A stretch of DNA of 51,245 nucleotides, counting the filler, from Ionaspis alba (Eukaryota), in assembly GCA_964255285.1 (NCBI GenBank). It is 2 parts of 2 records of this genome, joined end to end, with 100 filler letters (N's around TTAATTAATTAA, not from the genome) between each part and the next. Parts side by side here need not be neighbours in the genome. Positions count along the whole stretch, not along the records: positions 1 to 25,623 come from CAXUUL010000156.1; 1 more part is not named here. The stretch is one strand, 5' to 3'. The notes beneath the pieces are model-generated. The model had not been told where the DNA came from, made no database searches, and worked only from the letters and a program-made list of their open reading frames with translations. This document shows positions 1 to 13,422 of this stretch, piece by piece. Position 1 is the stretch's first letter; the number at the start of each line of letters is the position of its first letter. The translations under genes and the position numbers were made by a program.

Positions 1-600
1 ATCCCGCGGGCAGGCGGGGTTGGACGGTTAGGAGGATGTGTTTGGAGGTTTCGGAGGGGTTGGGGGCGGTGGTTGGTTGCAGGATCAGCTGTGCGTCGGG
101 AGGAGGGTCAGTTGAAGGGATTTCAAGGAGTGGGGTGGAGCTCCTGTAAAGGGAGGTGGATAAGGGGGGCGGCTATCCTTGGTTTGGAAGGGGAATGGAG
201 AGCTCACCATCATGGCTACGCTTCCTCCGCGCAGGAACACAGAGCCGGGGAGCTTTTCTCCATTGTCGTTTGTTGCTTCGGCCTTTAGCTTTACGAAACC
301 GAGACGATTGCCGAACCAATCGACGGATTGGATGTCGATTTTACGTAGGATGTAGGGTGTGCTGTGGAACGGGTGAGATTTTTGTTTCTGAAGAGATAGG
401 GAATGTTGCAGCGTCGAGAGCCAGGTCTTGAAGGCTGGGAACGAGAGGAGTTGCTCTTGCGTGAGGTCGGAGGTGAGATTGACGGGCACGGCAGGGGAGC
501 TGTGAGGGAGGGTGAAGGTCGACATGTTGGATACCGGAGTGCGGGGAGGGTGTGCGTGGCAAAGTGTGTGCTGGGTGATCAACCGTAGTCGATTGAGCAT
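1..600 (-). CDS. Nudix hydrolase (ADP-/UDP-sugar diphosphatase, NUDT14-like); runs off the window edge
   Basis: Exon 600-208 encodes LRKIDIQSVDWFGNRLGFVKLKA...LPGSVFLRGGSVAMM. Intron 207-89 (GTGAGC...CTGAC...CACAG). The next exon reads LILQP...ILLTVQPRLPAG, the sequence that precedes the Nudix box in this fungal family. An alternative start (MSTFTL) lies near 525. Confidence 0.85.
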
Positions 601-1009
601 GTGGAGGTAGTATGGAGGCTATGGAGGAGTTCGGAGTGGTTCGTAAGGTCTGTCATGTTGTTGTGATGGAGGCGGGGTCTGTCTGGCTATGGTGACGACA
701 AACTTGAAGAATGGCGTCCGTCGACCCCTGACTAAGTCCCAGACAACCGAGATACCACGGATACATTTTATTCTCGGAGCTTGGTCTCCTACTTTGTCAG
801 ATCTATTCAATCGAGAAGGGGGTCTATATTTTTCCTTTAGTGAATGGTGACCAGGTTCAAGGATCACCTGCTTTGTCTGATTAATCTATGCAATCTATGT
901 GGAACTCCGTATTAAAAAGATGATAGAGATCTCGATTTATCCACCCGAGAACAAGATTTAAGAGAGGAGATATCCCTACAATCCGAAGGGAAAAGGACGA
1001 GGTTGCACC

Positions 1010-4000
1010 ATGACGACTCTTACAGCCAACTCTCCTCGATTGCCTGGTCACTGTTCTCATAAGCTGCCCACATCCTGCCGTCTGACTGCTTTACCTATAT
1101 GTTGTGCTTGTCAAGATAAAAGACCCCACTCTTCTTCTTACTCCAAGTATATCGATGGGGTGGGATTTGTATTAGGAGGAACGAGGCAAGAGAGGTACTG
1201 TTGGACGTGTAAAGGTGCTTTCACCCTTAGTTGAAACAAAATGAGCGAATATCGCCGGAACTGATACGGCTTCTGTAGAATTCTGGAATGCTCGAATAGC
1301 AGCTTCAGGTTTTCCGCAATCAGAAACTCGAATACCAGAAATACCAGATCAAACCATCTTTACCGAGAGATGGTTTGAGTGGCAGCAAGGCTATCGAGTG
1401 ATCAAGCATGAAGATGGAAGAGAAGAACGTCAGGCTCTACTAGGTGAAAGCCTTGCGGAAGCTGCACCAGGATATCTTCCAAGAACATTGAATGAGCTGC
1501 GATCAGGCGTCACTTCCAGCCAGGACGAAATTCAAAACCTTAACCCTATCATTCACGACCTCAACACAACCGCGATAGACTCATTTGAGATTGACCCCGA
1601 AGACAGAATATTCGACCCTCCATCACCAACGCATCGAAGCGCGATTCTACAAACAGGACAACCACCACGTTTGCACGCACAAGAAGTTTCTTTGACATTA
1701 CCACAGGATACTTCTATTAATCATGTTACTACAGCGGCTCAAGTCTCCCATCAACTCGAACGCGTAGCTGCACTTCGTAGCGAATTACAGCGTATCAGAG
1801 TTGGTATCGAGCTTGTAATTGCAGGTCTTCATGATTTGAGAGGAGTATTTCCAGACTCCGAGGACGCTTTGCAAGATACTTCCAATCTCCATAATCGTGT
1901 GACTAATATCCAAAATCTTCTTACTTCAGCTGGTCAAGTTCAGAATTCGAACCAGTCGGGCTTTTCTAGCTCAGGATCAAATATGGATACGGACGAAATG
2001 GAATGGACCACGGATGGCAGCTCCAGGCCATCAGAGACACAAAATCCAGCACCGGCAGCAAGACTTGGCAATACTTCTCGTCCTAGTCTCCAACAGCTCG
2101 CCACGTCTAGCGGACCACGAATCGAACCGTACCACACTCGTATTAGAAGCCCACCCACTCCTGGCCCTCTTGCGCCCTTGAGAAGAACTCCAATACTAAC
2201 GAACAGCAACACCATGCCTCAAGGTGGCACGACCCAGCAGAGTACTTCTCAAGTTGCTTCGACTTCTACAACTGGGCCATCAAGCAACCCAGTCAGAACT
2301 ACTGGAGGTCAGATCACAGGAGTTTCTCTTGCCGAAAGAGAACTGCTAGCACTTCGGCGCCGGCGAGATCATGCCAGAGAAACTGAAACTCAACTGAATG
2401 CTCGTCGAACCGCAGCCGCTCGTACATTGGAACGTGCTCGAGTCGAATTGGAGGTTGCGATGCGCGAACGCGAAAGAGCCGAGAGAACATATGATACTGT
2501 GGAACGTACTCAATCAAGGAACACTCGTGTGTGGGGTACCCAGGAAGAGATGGACCGTCAAGGGTCTAACTATGTCAGTCCAATCACGAGCATGTTCATG
2601 AGCCAAAGCCAAAGCCAAAGCCAGCAGACCGGTTCAGTCACTTCTCGATCACAACGGACAGTCGAGGAGCAGATGAGGGATTATCAGGCAGCTGAGCTAC
2701 GACGCGCCGCTTCACGTCGAGCTCCACCGCTCGAAGACCATCCAAGCAGTGATGGTCCTTTCTCCGGAAGCCAACCCCTCTTTCTACCAAGCGATTTTCG
2801 CGCCTCTAGATACTCAGAGTCGGAACATGAGTCTGACTCTGAAGACGATGATGAAGATGGCAACGAGGACTACAACGAGCGTCTTGCCAGTTCGACTGCC
2901 GCAGAAGCACGTATCGAAGCTACAACGCGCAGAGCCGAACCTGAGCTCGGGCGACCCGCAGGAAGTCTCGAAACGGGAAACAGATTCCGAAGAGCAGTCA
3001 CCGCCAGCCGTCCTTCGCCGTCTAATGTCTTGCGTCCAAGACCTCGACGCGCTCCACAAGCGCCACTTTCCGACGAGGAAGAGACCGAACGTCTAACGGG
3101 AATGTTAACTCAGATAACCGCGGACCTACGAGCAGAACACCCTGAAGGCTCGTGGGAAGAAGCGGAACAGAGACGACAATTTAACATGATCTATGCTTCT
3201 CTCTTCGATGATATCGATCCAAGGAATCCTCAGAGCGAGGCAAGAGCTAATGGCCACCCCATTGGAACCGCTCTTAGCGATGGTGCACAGGCAGTGCTTG
3301 ACGAGCTGAACTATACCAGTGGACGTACTGCACGCCAGAATGTGCCTCCCCGTCCTCGTGACATCAATGATCCTGATGAGCTTCTCTCTGCAGCTGCTAA
3401 TCGTCGACGTGCTGCCATTGACGATCGTGCGCATCTAGCTGCCGCTCGTGCTTATCTTGATAATTACAACATATCGGCTCGTCGGAGGACTGGAAGACCT
3501 CCGGAAGAGCTTAAGAGTTTGGATAAGAAGAAGGATGGCAGACCTGAACCTGCTAACGAGGAGGATATGATGATTAAGATGGAGTGCAAGATTTGCTTTG
3601 CGCAGGTGGCTACTGTTGCTGTGTTGCCTTGTGGTATGCTCGCTCTTCTTTTCGCACCACCTATGCGTAAAGCCTTTCCTTCCCAGGTGTTCTAATGCAC
3701 CGTATAGGTCACTGTGTCATGTGCAAATGGTGCGCCGACGAAGCAATCCCCAGCCATGCGAGAGACCGCACTGCTCCCGCCGATAGAAGAGCTACGTGTC
3801 CTGTCTGCAGACGTGGCGTCAAGAGCAAGGTAAGGGACAGACACATCCTTTCTTCTCAGAGACAGTCGAGCTAACATCTTGAACCACAGGTGACTATCTA
3901 TGGTGGCGAGCAAAACGAGAAGAGAGCATCGACTCCTGCTAAACCCAAGTTGTCGGTTGCACCTCCCATCTCAGCAGCGGCTCTCTCGAACTCTTCACCC

Positions 4001-4021
4001 GCGACTTCTCCTACAAGCTGA
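1010..4021 (+). CDS. RING-finger (C3HC4-type) protein with an N-terminal Cys/His-rich domain and a long disordered middle
   Basis: Exons 1010-1214, 1279-3633, 3708-3829 and 3890-4021 with GT-AG introns. The spliced C-terminus reads CKICFAQVATVAVLPCGHCVMCKWC...CPVCRR, a RING-HC. The N-terminus reads HCSH...CCAC...RYCWTCKEFW. Confidence 0.85.
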
Positions 4022-7000
4022 AAGAGTTGACGGCTTCGGAACAGTAATACTTTCTTCGCTGAAGGGAAGGAGGGGATGCTACATCGGAACTACGATCGAG
4101 ATTGCATTACCACCATTACCATTGCTCACAAAATATGGCCTTCCAACTTCCAATACCACATCATACTTGCCCGTGTCTGGCTAGATCTCGGTCGAAGCGC
4201 CGTGGGGCGCTTCTCTATGATTGCATCTAAGTCCGCTGAGGAGGATAGCTTTCACCAGCTGCAGTAGATAGCTCCGACACTGGACTGGCACGAAATGACG
4301 AATTGATGCTTGCACGATTGATAGACTGACACCTAGATAGACTTCGGTAATGAAGAGATGCTTTTGCACATGTATGGGGACTTCTGAACTGTGCTTGTGA
4401 TTGCTTCTGCTTTGAGTGGATACCAAATCGAATGTTTTGTTTCTGTTGCAGCTCGATGGACTTCGGTAGAGGAAAGCTAGTTCTACTCCTGGTCCTGTCG
4501 ATTGGGTAAACTGTCCTGACATTGTCGCTCCGCACGCTGAGCTTGCCGTCATACGATCTTCTTCAACTGTCGTGTAATTACCACCTTTCTCTGTAGTGTC
4601 TTCTATTCGATTCTTTCAGGATGCTGTATCTGTTGCTTCCGTGTCGAGCTCAACATCCACCTGTGCTGTGGGTTACCGTTGAGTGAGAGCGAAGCAGGGC
4701 AGTGCGAGCGGGCAACAGTCTGCAGCACGAGATTAAAGGAGAGATAAGGGGCTTCTGGAGTGGAGGGTCGCATGCGAGGCTGGGAGGAGGCTTCGAGACA
4801 CCGGTGGAAACTCTATGTATGCGTGGTGGCAGTGGACACAGCACAGGAGGTCTCCTGCACGTTGATGCCATTGACCTAGCTCTGGGAGCGGATAGCACGG
4901 CCTGCCGATCGTACATCCTATAATCATAAGGGGCTATGGTTGTGCAGTACGTGGAGGTGTTCGAAACCGGAGCATTGTCTAAGAAAAGACGGTGTAGCTG
5001 GTGGCGTAGCAGGCTTTGGGTATGGTTGCAGAGATTGCAAGGAAGAACATTCATTGAGTGTGCATGGGCGATCAGTTGAGGTGAAAGGGGAAGGGGTGAA
5101 AAGGGGGAATTGTGATCAATGGGTCTGGATGTGAAGGGGTTCGAGGTTCTGTGATACTGTGATAGAGGCTTTCTGTGATGCCACAACAAAAACAGCGGAT
5201 GAGGTTATTGGCCCGATGTCTGAATGTAAAGTCTATCGGTGTTGTTGATGTTGGTGACGGTTGATGCGTGCTACACGCCGCAAGCAAGCACTGACCTCGC
5301 TGTTGTAGCTTTGCTCCAACAGAATCAGTAATCATGACTGCATGCACCCATGGCAAGCCATGTGATGAAGCAATTTTGACTTCGGAGGTAAAAACTCCGA
5401 CTCGATTGATTTTGTTCCTTGCATTCAAAGCCTGATAGATCCGCTTCCAATCACATTGAAGATCACATACACGACGTTGAACGGCGTAGCACCGACGGTG
5501 CAGATTCGGAAGTAAAGCCGATACACGCCTTTGCCATGGCCCCCAATCGAGGTCACCATTTATTAACGGTTGTGGCTGCGGGGTAAGTCCAACCGCATCC
5601 TGCATGAACGACAGCCAGTGCAAGGCTTGGTGTTGGCTATTGATCCCAGACCGCAGCAGATCAGCAGTTTTACACTGTAGTGTGTGTGGATAGCATTGGA
5701 TGTGTTCGGGGCGCGGTAACACTGGGCAAGGCATACAGTCCTATGAATGTGAGACTTGTCCATCTAACGATAGCAACGCAGAAGCATATTGAGAGGGTGT
5801 CCTGACACACGTGGCGGCAGAGAATATACCCGGACATAACGTGCTGCAAGCAAAGAGTGTAACGAACGGCAGATGAAACAGGGAGAAAGTGGAGCCGATT
5901 AGACATCAGACCATCGTGCATACGGCGTATCCAACCACTGCATATCTGCGACAAAGATGCAAGGCACGACGGTACACAGCAGAAAAGTAGTGGAAGGGAT
6001 ACCTCGACTGGGCAAGTACAGGAGGCCATGACACAAATCACCGCCAAAGAGCGCGCCGCAGGATATTGCACAGCGGAGACTAATGCTGCAGCTCATCATG
6101 CAGCAGAATCATTCCAGAAGAATTGAAAGGAAGCGCAGGAGCTGGGAAGCATCATCCATGCGGCACAAGGGCAGAAGATTACAGCAAAGCCCAGCGTATG
6201 CACGACACACCTGCATGCATTGACGGTCTCGTGATGTTTGTACATCATCTCCTTTCAACATCTGGTTCGCAAGTCTGGGGCCCAATGTAGGTTCACAGTT
6301 ACTTGTTAGTAGGCTTCAGTAGCGCATCGCAATATTGAGTACAGTAGAAGTAAGTAGAGCCGGAAAAACCAGAGCTGAATCATTGTTGTCCTCATGTGAG
6401 TGAGGATGTTCAGCGGAAATGCGGCTGAGATTCAAGGCTCAACACTATCACTAATCCGGTAAAGTGATCCACTAGCTTCGCCCTTCCGGGCCTTAACTTG
6501 ACATCATAGGTAAACAGACTCCAGGCGCGCTCTACGTTTGTTTCACAAATCCCACGTCAGATTTCAAGGCCAATATTGCTCCATCCTCAGCCCTCCACTG
6601 TCAGACTTTCTCCCAGGCTTCTACGAGGCTTCTAGACGCCTATAGTCTTGCAGGTGAGACTGCAATACTGCCAGCAGAAGTGGCTATGAGAAAGCCACAT
6701 CCGCCAGGCGCTAGGCGGGGCTACTGATCGGGCAGAATCAGGCGAACGCCTGGCAGCCTGGGAATTGAGGGAGTGACTCAATATTAGTTCAGACTTGCGA
6801 TACGCCTTAGTGCGCGCACTGGAGAATGTGAAATCACTGCCCCACTGGAGAAAGCGGTGAGACTCCTCGAGGGCTTTCTACTGTTCACCGTAGATATTCT
6901 AGAGTAGTGGAAGTCCTGCAAGAATCATGCAGCTTAGCAATAGGCTGTTTCTGAGGCTCCGCTACGCGGGAATGGTAGGTCACACCGCACACTCTCTTAC

Positions 7001-7609
7001 GAATGGTATAAAGCACGCACCGAATCCCAACTTAGGAGCGTCAAGAGGCACAATGAGTCAAAGAAAAGTTTAATGGCTTGGTCGGACCTGCTATTACACC
7101 CAATGCTCTGCTCCCACGCCGCCAAGAAAAACAAAGAGGCCTAGGAAGCCCAAAGCCAAGAACAACCCAGCCCCAAACGCCCTTCGTAATAGCAAATCAA
7201 TCACACAGCACCACCCAGGCCATTGCCCCACGCCTGAGACAGTCGTCAAAAGTTCGCCACCTCGCTATGATGCAACTAGGAAATGTGGGAAGAGAGGCGG
7301 AAAAAGTTGTCGTTGACCAAGAGGCCGGTCACAGCAGTGTACCAATCTGAGTATGAATGAAGAGGGAAATGCAAACAATGAAGGTAAGGATGTTGCTTGT
7401 AGACGCTTCCGAATCGAAGGTAAATCATGCAAACAATGTCAATGATTGAGATCTCGCCGATGGATGCCGCTTAATCGAGATGCTGCTGGGAAGCTCCTTC
7501 ATGTGCTGTCGAATTCAAGATTTCTGTCAGATCACGCCCTGCCCAAGTTTGTGAGTACGTGTGCCAAGTGGCCAGAATGAAGGCGAATATACCGGTTGTC
7601 TGATGAGAA

Positions 7610-8032
7610 TCAAGCTCTCTTACAGTAAGAGCAGGGTTGGTGATGACACATCACACAACTTGGCTGTAATGTCGCGTTCTTCGGTCCATCTTGACACCTG
7701 CAGCACCACCAGAACCGGATTGGGCTGTAGCTCGTTGGATAAGACTGCCCGGTTGATGTGGGAGCTTGATAGCCTGCCTGGGGGGTAGCATACGGGGTGG
7801 TGTTGACGTGCATGCTGGGCTGGTAGTGATTGGATGTCGAGGGAGATGATCCACCATAGAGGCCGTACTGGGAGGATGCGCCAGCTGGTGGGGGACGAGC
7901 GGAGGTGGTCTGGGATTCGAATCTCGCACTGTAGTCTCTCTTCCTGTTGCACATCACACAAAACTCCTGATAAGAGTAATAGTGTGGTCCATAGCCGCAG
8001 TGGCCGCAGTACCAGGTTGTTGGCGCAGGCAT
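7610..8032 (-). CDS. Small (140 aa) double zinc-finger-like protein (RanBP2-like W-x-C-x2-C-x12-C-x2-C, two copies)
   Basis: ATG at 8032 (MPAPTTWYCGHC...CVMC). The second module is WWCCRC...CVMCHHQPCSYC, joined by an S/Y/P/Q/T-rich linker. TATA-like elements lie upstream. Confidence 0.75.
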   Translation of the reverse strand: MPAPTTWYCGHCGYGPHYYSYQEFCVMCNRKRDYSARFESQTTSARPPPAGASSQYGLYGGSSPSTSNHYQPSMHVNTTPYATPQAGYQAPTSTGQSYPTSYSPIRFWWCCRCQDGPKNATLQPSCVMCHHQPCSYCKRA

Positions 8033-8074
8033 ATCAAAGATTTCAAATTTGAGCAAAGGAAAACGAAGTAGACG

Positions 8075-8086
8075 GTATTTATATAA
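8075..8086 (-). promoter_or_regulatory. Putative TATA box of the 7610-8032 gene
   Basis: Minus-strand TATATAAATA about 45-55 nt upstream of the ATG; a second TATAAAT lies near 8167-8173. Confidence 0.35.
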
Positions 8087-10467
8087 AGTCGAAAGTGTGG
8101 AGATATCTAGACTGATAAGTTGATAGAGATGGCTGTGACAAGAGGAGACGGAGGACATCCGATGGGATTTATAAGAGGAAAAACCACAATAGGGTGTCCA
8201 GCCATGAGCCCCATCGAGGCAATGATTACCGTTGGGGCACCTTCAACTGTCTCGGTGCTGACGACAAGGATTGCCACCGAGGCCTCATCAGAAAGCCAGG
8301 GTGACCGGTGCAACGCATGTAGAACATTCATCCCAGCATCGTGCAGAGCGGAAGGAGCACGCCAGGGAAGCAATTTATCTTACTTTGCAACTACGGGAGG
8401 ACCCTCGAACAATGTGGCAAGCCTGAGGAATGAACGACGGGGCGGTGTAGTCAGGCGGCAACGACAATAGATATCCACAATCCCAATGCTAGCATCAGAG
8501 ACAGCGACATGCCTCGTAATAAGAGGCGGTCAACTCTTAACGTCCTTGAACATGCCAAAGTAGAAAGCTCCTTGGACGGTGTACAAGAGTAGCGTAGCAC
8601 TCAAAAAAGCTGTTGGATCAATGACAACCCATTTACCTGTCGATTCAGGGTTGCATCTTGACCGTTGTACAGATGATGCAGGTACAGAATAGATGCCGAT
8701 GAGCTATGGAAGGGTGTGACTGACGGTCGCAGGGGGACGTTAGATAGTGCAAGTTTCGCCTCAAGACATCCTGGTATAAAATTTGGCCCCGAAAGTTTGT
8801 CTCCGACGCTTCCTGCTCCCCTGTTGTGCGAGGCGAACATGAGGTAGGTATTGAAAGGATTATTCATATGAAATTAAAATGGGTAATAAGCAAGGCAGAA
8901 TTTGTAAATGAGCGGACCAAGGCATGAGGAAGAATGTGAAGATTCTGCGCCTTCCGAATGAACATCATGTAGCGGACTCAACTATCTGAAGGAGGTAGTA
9001 GGAAAAACTCCAATAAGAGACAAGACTCAAGTGGTATGCAATGTCGAGAGAACAACGTCAGCGAGGTTGCATCGGCGTTGGAATCCGAATCACATTGGAA
9101 TCCATACAGCAGTATTGGTTGTGGAGGGCAAAAGGGGGCTTGGTTACCATCGAAAGCACAGAGTGATTCGCGGGGCTGAGGTAAGCATCGAACATACATA
9201 TCCATAACTTAGCAGAACACATGCTGGCGTGTTGAAGCACCCTTCAGATAACCAGGAGTGTAGATTTTCTTTCAGGAGGCCGATTGTGACTTCCCTCTCT
9301 TGGCATAAGGCTCTGTGTAAGGTACCGGCCCCAGGTATCAAGATTATGGCAGTGTCCGACGACATAAACCGCTTAGCATGAAGGCTGAGTAGAAGCGGTG
9401 TTGAGATGAAAACTGGCAATGCGTCAAGGGCACTGCAGAGAGCGTTAAGGTCGAGGGATCAGATTCCCTATCGTCACGTTCCAATCCTATCTACTTGCCG
9501 TTCTTGATCCTTAGGGATTATGATTATATGCTTCATTTCCATAAATGTATGTGTCTCATATGGCAGAAGGCCATTGACGATCAGACAGGGCTGAAATCCG
9601 GATTCTGCAATATCTCTTGCGTTACCTGGTTGCCATGCCACAGATGTGGGCTGGCACAGAATTGACGCAATGAGGCAAGGATGAGGTTCGGACCAGGCCG
9701 CTGTGGTATGGTTCGGCAAACTGGACGTTTCTGTGCGCGTCAACTTCACACACTGTTATTAGCGCAGTTCTTGCGACTTCATCGACTTTGAGGCGGTGTA
9801 GTCTGACTTCGAGGATGATGGTCGATGGAGTAAAGTAAGGCGAGTCAACAAGTAAACTGTGCACATCCATTCTCCTCCAATAAATCATCCAAATACCTTA
9901 TGGGATTGACTGTACTATAGCTGCTGCGCCTTCTTTGCTTCTGAAAGAATGGAAGTCAGAGAGAGCTTATTCGCCAAAGACATCAAATGCCTCACTTGCC
10001 TTATTGTTAGCCAGTGCCTCCAACATTGGAGCCTAGCGCCTTACAGACGCAGAGGCAAGATGCATTCATTACCGCATCTTTCTTGGGCCAGGTCCGAAGC
10101 AATGACCGCTATGTGTGGAAATGCATTGAGGTATGGAAGTCGTGAGTCAGTGGGAGGTTAGGAGTGGGGTAAGGAGGCCGCGGATAGCCTCCCACGTGAT
10201 CTATTCCGTTTCGGCTGAACTGATATTCCATGGTCCGAGCCGGTGGCAGCTCGACCCTACCGTCATCCACGCGTTCTGTATTAGTGCCAATAATTCCCGT
10301 TTTGTTGCAACATTTATCGAGAACTCACAAGTGTAGAATACGGCACCATGGCTAGCACGCGGCGTCTCTATTAGTGGTGCACAATGTTCTCGCGCTCTGT
10401 AAGCTGAGCTGGTACAATATGGCACAACCCGCCACTACCCTGTGATTTTCGTCCTGCACGGAACTCG

Positions 10468-12459
10468 ATGGCCATTAACCAAAAACTTGCAAACCTATGG
10501 GTAGCAAGATTTATTCCCCTACTGCTCATTGGAATCACTGCTTATGCATCTTATGTCGTCGTGGGTCCTATCGCTAGTTAGTAGAGCTGTTTTCATTCTT
10601 TTCTACCATTTGCTCAATCCCTTACTGATGTATCTCTCTCCAATAGTCAATTACCTTTTGAACCCACCCACCAACCTACATGAGCCTCGTAGTGGTGTAG
10701 CAGCTGCTATACTTGTGGTACACTTTACTTTGTTGTTCTTCGTGGCAATCACCTATTTCCGGATTCTCCATACGGTGATATTCAATCCCGGATTTGTTCC
10801 TCGGCCACCACATCATCCCAAGGAGATACGGAAGACGCAATCTAGTTATCAAAGAGCTGGGACCGATCAGCCGGTATCCGACGGTTTGCATGAGAAATTT
10901 AGAGAGCCATGGCAGGATCAGTCGAGAGGCGCACGCTCCTCGAGCGCGTACGGGTTCTTGAATGGGACTGCAGGAGCAAGACCACTTCCCGACTTTGAGG
11001 ATCCAGGATTGAAGACATTTTATGAAAAGGACGTGTTTGTCTGCGAAGGGGACGGCCGACCGAGATGGTGTTCGACATGTCAAAATTGGAAACCGGACCG
11101 GGCTCATCATTGTCGAGAAGTCGATAGATGTGTTCGTAAAATGGACCACTTCTGCCCATGGTAAGAAGTCCTTCCAATTTTTATGCATTGGAAGATTTCT
11201 TTTCTTCATACAGTTGACGATAATGTTCCTCCGGCGTTGTGGTAGCAAATGAAACCCCGCGCGTGAGGCATTTTCGTTTGGAGCCTCACTTTATTGACAC
11301 CGTTGTACGAATAGGGTCGGTGGGACAGTCACGGAGAACAACTTCAAATTCTTCGTACAGTTCGTAACCTGGACTGCAGTATTTTGCACCTTCTCTCTAA
11401 TTCATATATCTTTCTTTGTCGCAGAGCTGAAACGCGAGGTATGTAATTTTTTGGCAACATCCTTGATTTTGCCGACTACAGCCCTTTATGCGAGGAGCCT
11501 TGTACCTGGTTTGCCTGAAGCATGTGTTTCCCTGTAATCGGTATTGCCACGAGGCCGCAAGCATCTCAGACGTCTTGCCAATCTATACCCTTTCTGATGA
11601 TGCTTATTTCAACGTCTCGATAACTCAGCAAGCCTTGTTTCTCCAATTCTCTCTTCGTCGCTAACAACTGTCTTCAAGACCGACCAGGTTAATATACACT
11701 GGATCTTTGCCTTAGGCTTGTAAGTCTTCACATCCGACTCCAATATCCTATCACATCGACTAGGCTAGATTGCTAATGAAGTCGTTCCATAGTGCCGGCT
11801 TGTTTGCTCTATTCAGCATTGGCATGAGCGCATCGTCACTCCAATTCACCATCTTGAACACTACATCCGTTGAGAACTTGGGCCGCAAGTCCAAAATCTG
11901 GACGTTAGCGGTCTACATAGAGTCTCCACGTTCGGACATTGCAAACACTGGCCACACCCCTTATCAAACGATAACATATCCCCTTTCGTCTCCACCGAAT
12001 TCTGCTGTGCCACGACGTAGCTTCGCGATCTTACACACAAAGCCAGGCGACTGTCCTTTTGATCTTGGCCCTTGGGGTAACTTCCGCGAAGTTATGGGCT
12101 ACAGCATCTGGGAGTGGCTCCTCCCAGTGAAAATGAGTCCTTGCTGCGATCATAGGAGTGGAGAAAGTGCGTTTAAGTTAGGACCGGTCGTGCAGAGGAT
12201 GCGGGAGGAGGCGGGGCTACCCGTGCCAGAAAGCGTCAGCAGTGGGAAAAGGAAGAGGCGGAGACATCGAAACAGTCGGCAAGATTATGGCGCAGAGCAA
12301 AGCTATTCGCAGACTCGGCGGAGCCGGCAAAGAGGAGTGAACTCCAGCGGCCCGGACCAACCCCAGAACCAAGACCTAGAAATGGGAGATAGAGTTGGTG
12401 AGGGTGGCTTAGCGATGGGCCGGGTGATACAACGGCCGGCAGACACGGTCGTACGATAG
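10468..12459 (+). CDS. PFA5: DHHC palmitoyltransferase, PFA5-type
   Basis: Exons 10468-10576, 10647-11160, 11315-11438, 11679-11719 and 11793-12459. Contains [36 protein letters not shown] (DHFC variant), a TTSVEN motif and [15 protein letters not shown]. Confidence 0.9.
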
Positions 12460-13422
12460 AAGACGGCAAATGATCAATGCCTGCGCCATGCTTCACAATT
12501 ACGTAACTAAATAGACATATAGATATCTCCATAAATAATAACTGGTTATAGATACAGGAAATTTGGAAGGGACGAGCATTGCTCTACTTCCAATCCTGCC
12601 TATACTTAGAGTCGAGAGGACATTACGTTGGGATCTCCCAACACAGTACCTACTCTAATTAGACACTCTAGAGCTAGGGATATACAACCAATCAGGCGCA
12701 AGTCAAAGTGCAATAGAGTTTGCAATTAGGCTGAGTATCTCATCAAAAGGCCGTTAGAAGAATCAAAGAGAGCTCAAGACAAAACTCCAAACACCCGCTG
12801 CCCACTCATCCTGCTAAGCGAGTGTTCGACGCCAGTACGCTACCCACCCCAGCAATTGAGACAATCGATACCTCCCATCCACTCTGGAACGCCATAGCCT
12901 TGCAGCTCCCGAGTTTACTCGTTAACATTTCGAAACGAAAGTCCATGCGATGCCTCTTCATACCGAGGACCGAGAACTCCATTGAACACCAAGATCTATC
13001 CCAGCACAAGGTCCACGTGAACGGCACGCTACGCACTGCTATTCTGTCTAGGCACAAATGCCACAGCCCAAGTAGACAAATGGCTCAAACAACACCGGGG
13101 CGCAAAATGACTGAAGCAGATAATGAAAGCAAGAATACCAAACACACATCATTCGAAGAAGCAGGAGCAAGCTTACACAACAAGGAAAACATCCGAAATC
13201 ATGAACGGCAGGCAATCAGATAACATAAGACAGCTGCAAACCGACAAAAGAAAGCGTCAAATACAAAGCATCAGACCACCAACTCAACCCAACCATGTCT
13301 CGCCTGCCAGGTCGTACTCACCTGCTGAACCATAGAGCTTGTCTCTCCATACCCCCACCCCTAAGGCTTCTTTTGCTGATCACTTCAGCTTCCCGCGAGC
13401 TTCTTCCCCTCCATATAGCCCT

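Noticed and set aside
2601..2624. AGCCAA tandem repeat
   Set aside because: Short coding microsatellite (SQSQSQ) in a disordered region; ordinary.
5072..6099. Minus-strand ORFs of 220 and 133 aa in the long intergenic region
   Set aside because: No recognisable motifs or convincing splice structure; composition looks like random translation.
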